Both the position numbers and the translations under genes were made by a program. The notes beneath the pieces were generated by a model, which worked only from the letters and a program-made list of their open reading frames with translations, was not told where the DNA came from and did not search any database. This document shows, one piece after another, positions 63,063 to 64,000 of a stretch of 64,000 nucleotides of DNA; the stretch's first letter is position 1, and each line of letters starts with the position of its first letter. The stretch lies in IMG/VR virus record IMGVR_UViG_3300032082_001293. The stretch is one strand, 5' to 3'. This DNA is from a virus.

Positions 63063-64000
63063 TTAGTCGAGGATGTTATCCACGCGGAAAATACGATAGT
63101 ACTGGTTAGCACGTACTGTGTTAGCCAAGTCACTCTGAGGTGAACCTGTACCAGCATATGGGTTAGCGATCATGCCGTAACGAGTCTTGAACCCGATACG
63201 TGGTTGGAAGTCATTCTCACCAACCGCACGTACCATCTGGAGAGGAACGTATGGGCAGTAGAAAACGCCTGAGTCGTAAGGATTCGTACCCTTATAACCT
63301 ACAGTCACGTAGTCTGTGTCAGCATATGGGTCGATGTAAACACGTGTACGACCATTCAATACACCAGCAAACGTGTTGCCTGTGTCATCTACTTGAAGGT
63401 TAGTAGAAAGAGCAGGTGAGTAATCAAGCATACCAGCAGCAGCGAGAGCAGTAGCAACATCTGAAGAACAGATTACTACGTTACCCTTACCACGACGAGT
63501 GTCCTTAGCAATTACGTTACACTCACGCTCGATCTGTACCAACATACCCTTGAACTTCTCAACTGACCAACGACCATCAGCGTCCGTAGACAAGTCGAAG
63601 ATACCCTTAGTAGTCATGTTAGATTGAAGAGCACCAATCTTAGCTTGAGAGTTGATAGTACGGATAACTTCACGGTTGATTTCCGCAAGAATTTCCGTAG
63701 ACAGAATGTTAGCAAGTTCTGTCTCAGCGTCAAGACCATGAATAGCCTTGAGGTCTTGAGCGAGTTCAAGCGTATATTCTGCTTTCAAAGCACGTGATAC
63801 CGCAGTAACCGTTGCCTTCTCGATGGTGAAACCCATTTCATGGAAAGAGTTACCACCAGTAGTACCAAGAGCTTCAGCAGTAGCAGTTGACATACCACGG
63901 CCGATATCAACAGTAGTTGTTTCGTCAGCAATAGAAGAGTCACCAGCGCCTGGGTTAGTATTAGTTACACCTTTAAGACCTGAAGGACCACGAGTGTCAG
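63063..64000 (-). CDS. gp23: major capsid protein (T4 gp23), 5' part outside window
   Basis: EMGFTIEK..V.A.SRALKAEYT.ELAQDLKAIHGLDAE.EL, YCPYVPL, FQP.IGFKTRYG; frame open to the window edge. Confidence 0.98.
   Translation of the reverse strand, partial: DTRGPSGLKGVTNTNPGAGDSSIADETTTVDIGRGMSTATAEALGTTGGNSFHEMGFTIEKATVTAVSRALKAEYTLELAQDLKAIHGLDAETELANILSTEILAEINREVIRTINSQAKIGALQSNMTTKGIFDLSTDADGRWSVEKFKGMLVQIERECNVIAKDTRRGKGNVVICSSDVATALAAAGMLDYSPALSTNLQVDDTGNTFAGVLNGRTRVYIDPYADTDYVTVGYKGTNPYDSGVFYCPYVPLQMVRAVGENDFQPRIGFKTRYGMIANPYAGTGSPQSDLANTVRANQYYRIFRVDNILD

Noticed and set aside
1-64000. Stop-codon reassignment
   Set aside because: Core genes are full length in the standard code, and TAA, TGA and TAG all act as stops

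Overview
This window is a 64 kb slice of a large T4-like (Tevenvirinae/Kyanoviridae-like) myovirus genome. The host is probably a marine Gram-negative, likely gammaproteobacterial, bacterium (inferred from the spanins, IscU, GuaC and c-type cytochrome). Almost all genes lie on the minus strand. Read in transcription order (high to low coordinate), it holds: the 3' part of major capsid gene 23 and gene 3; the T4 recombination, replication and late-transcription core (uvsY, uvsW, 55, 47, 46, 45, 44, 62, regA, hsp20, 43, an extra AEP primase-like gene, uvsX, 41); and an auxiliary-metabolism block (bL33, peroxiredoxin, GlyA, cytochrome c, GuaC). Next come tRNA-Gly(GCC) and tRNA-Pro(TGG) and an early host-takeover region driven by a repeated sigma70-like promoter family. 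A late region under TATAAATA promoters follows, then spanins and a class II (B12) ribonucleotide reductase. Three things stand out. (1) A set of proteins carries T4 internal-protein-like capsid-targeting leaders, including a Rnl1-like ligase, a HIGH nucleotidyltransferase, a P-loop kinase and a modular polyprotein with repeated ESVELDEA linkers. (2) A self-contained late operon encodes six exported or membrane proteins, including pilin-like and chaperone-like genes. (3) Several cis-elements appear, including a ROSE-like thermometer, a Fur-like box and promoter-in-hairpin switches. Family assignments come from motif recognition only; no database searches were run.
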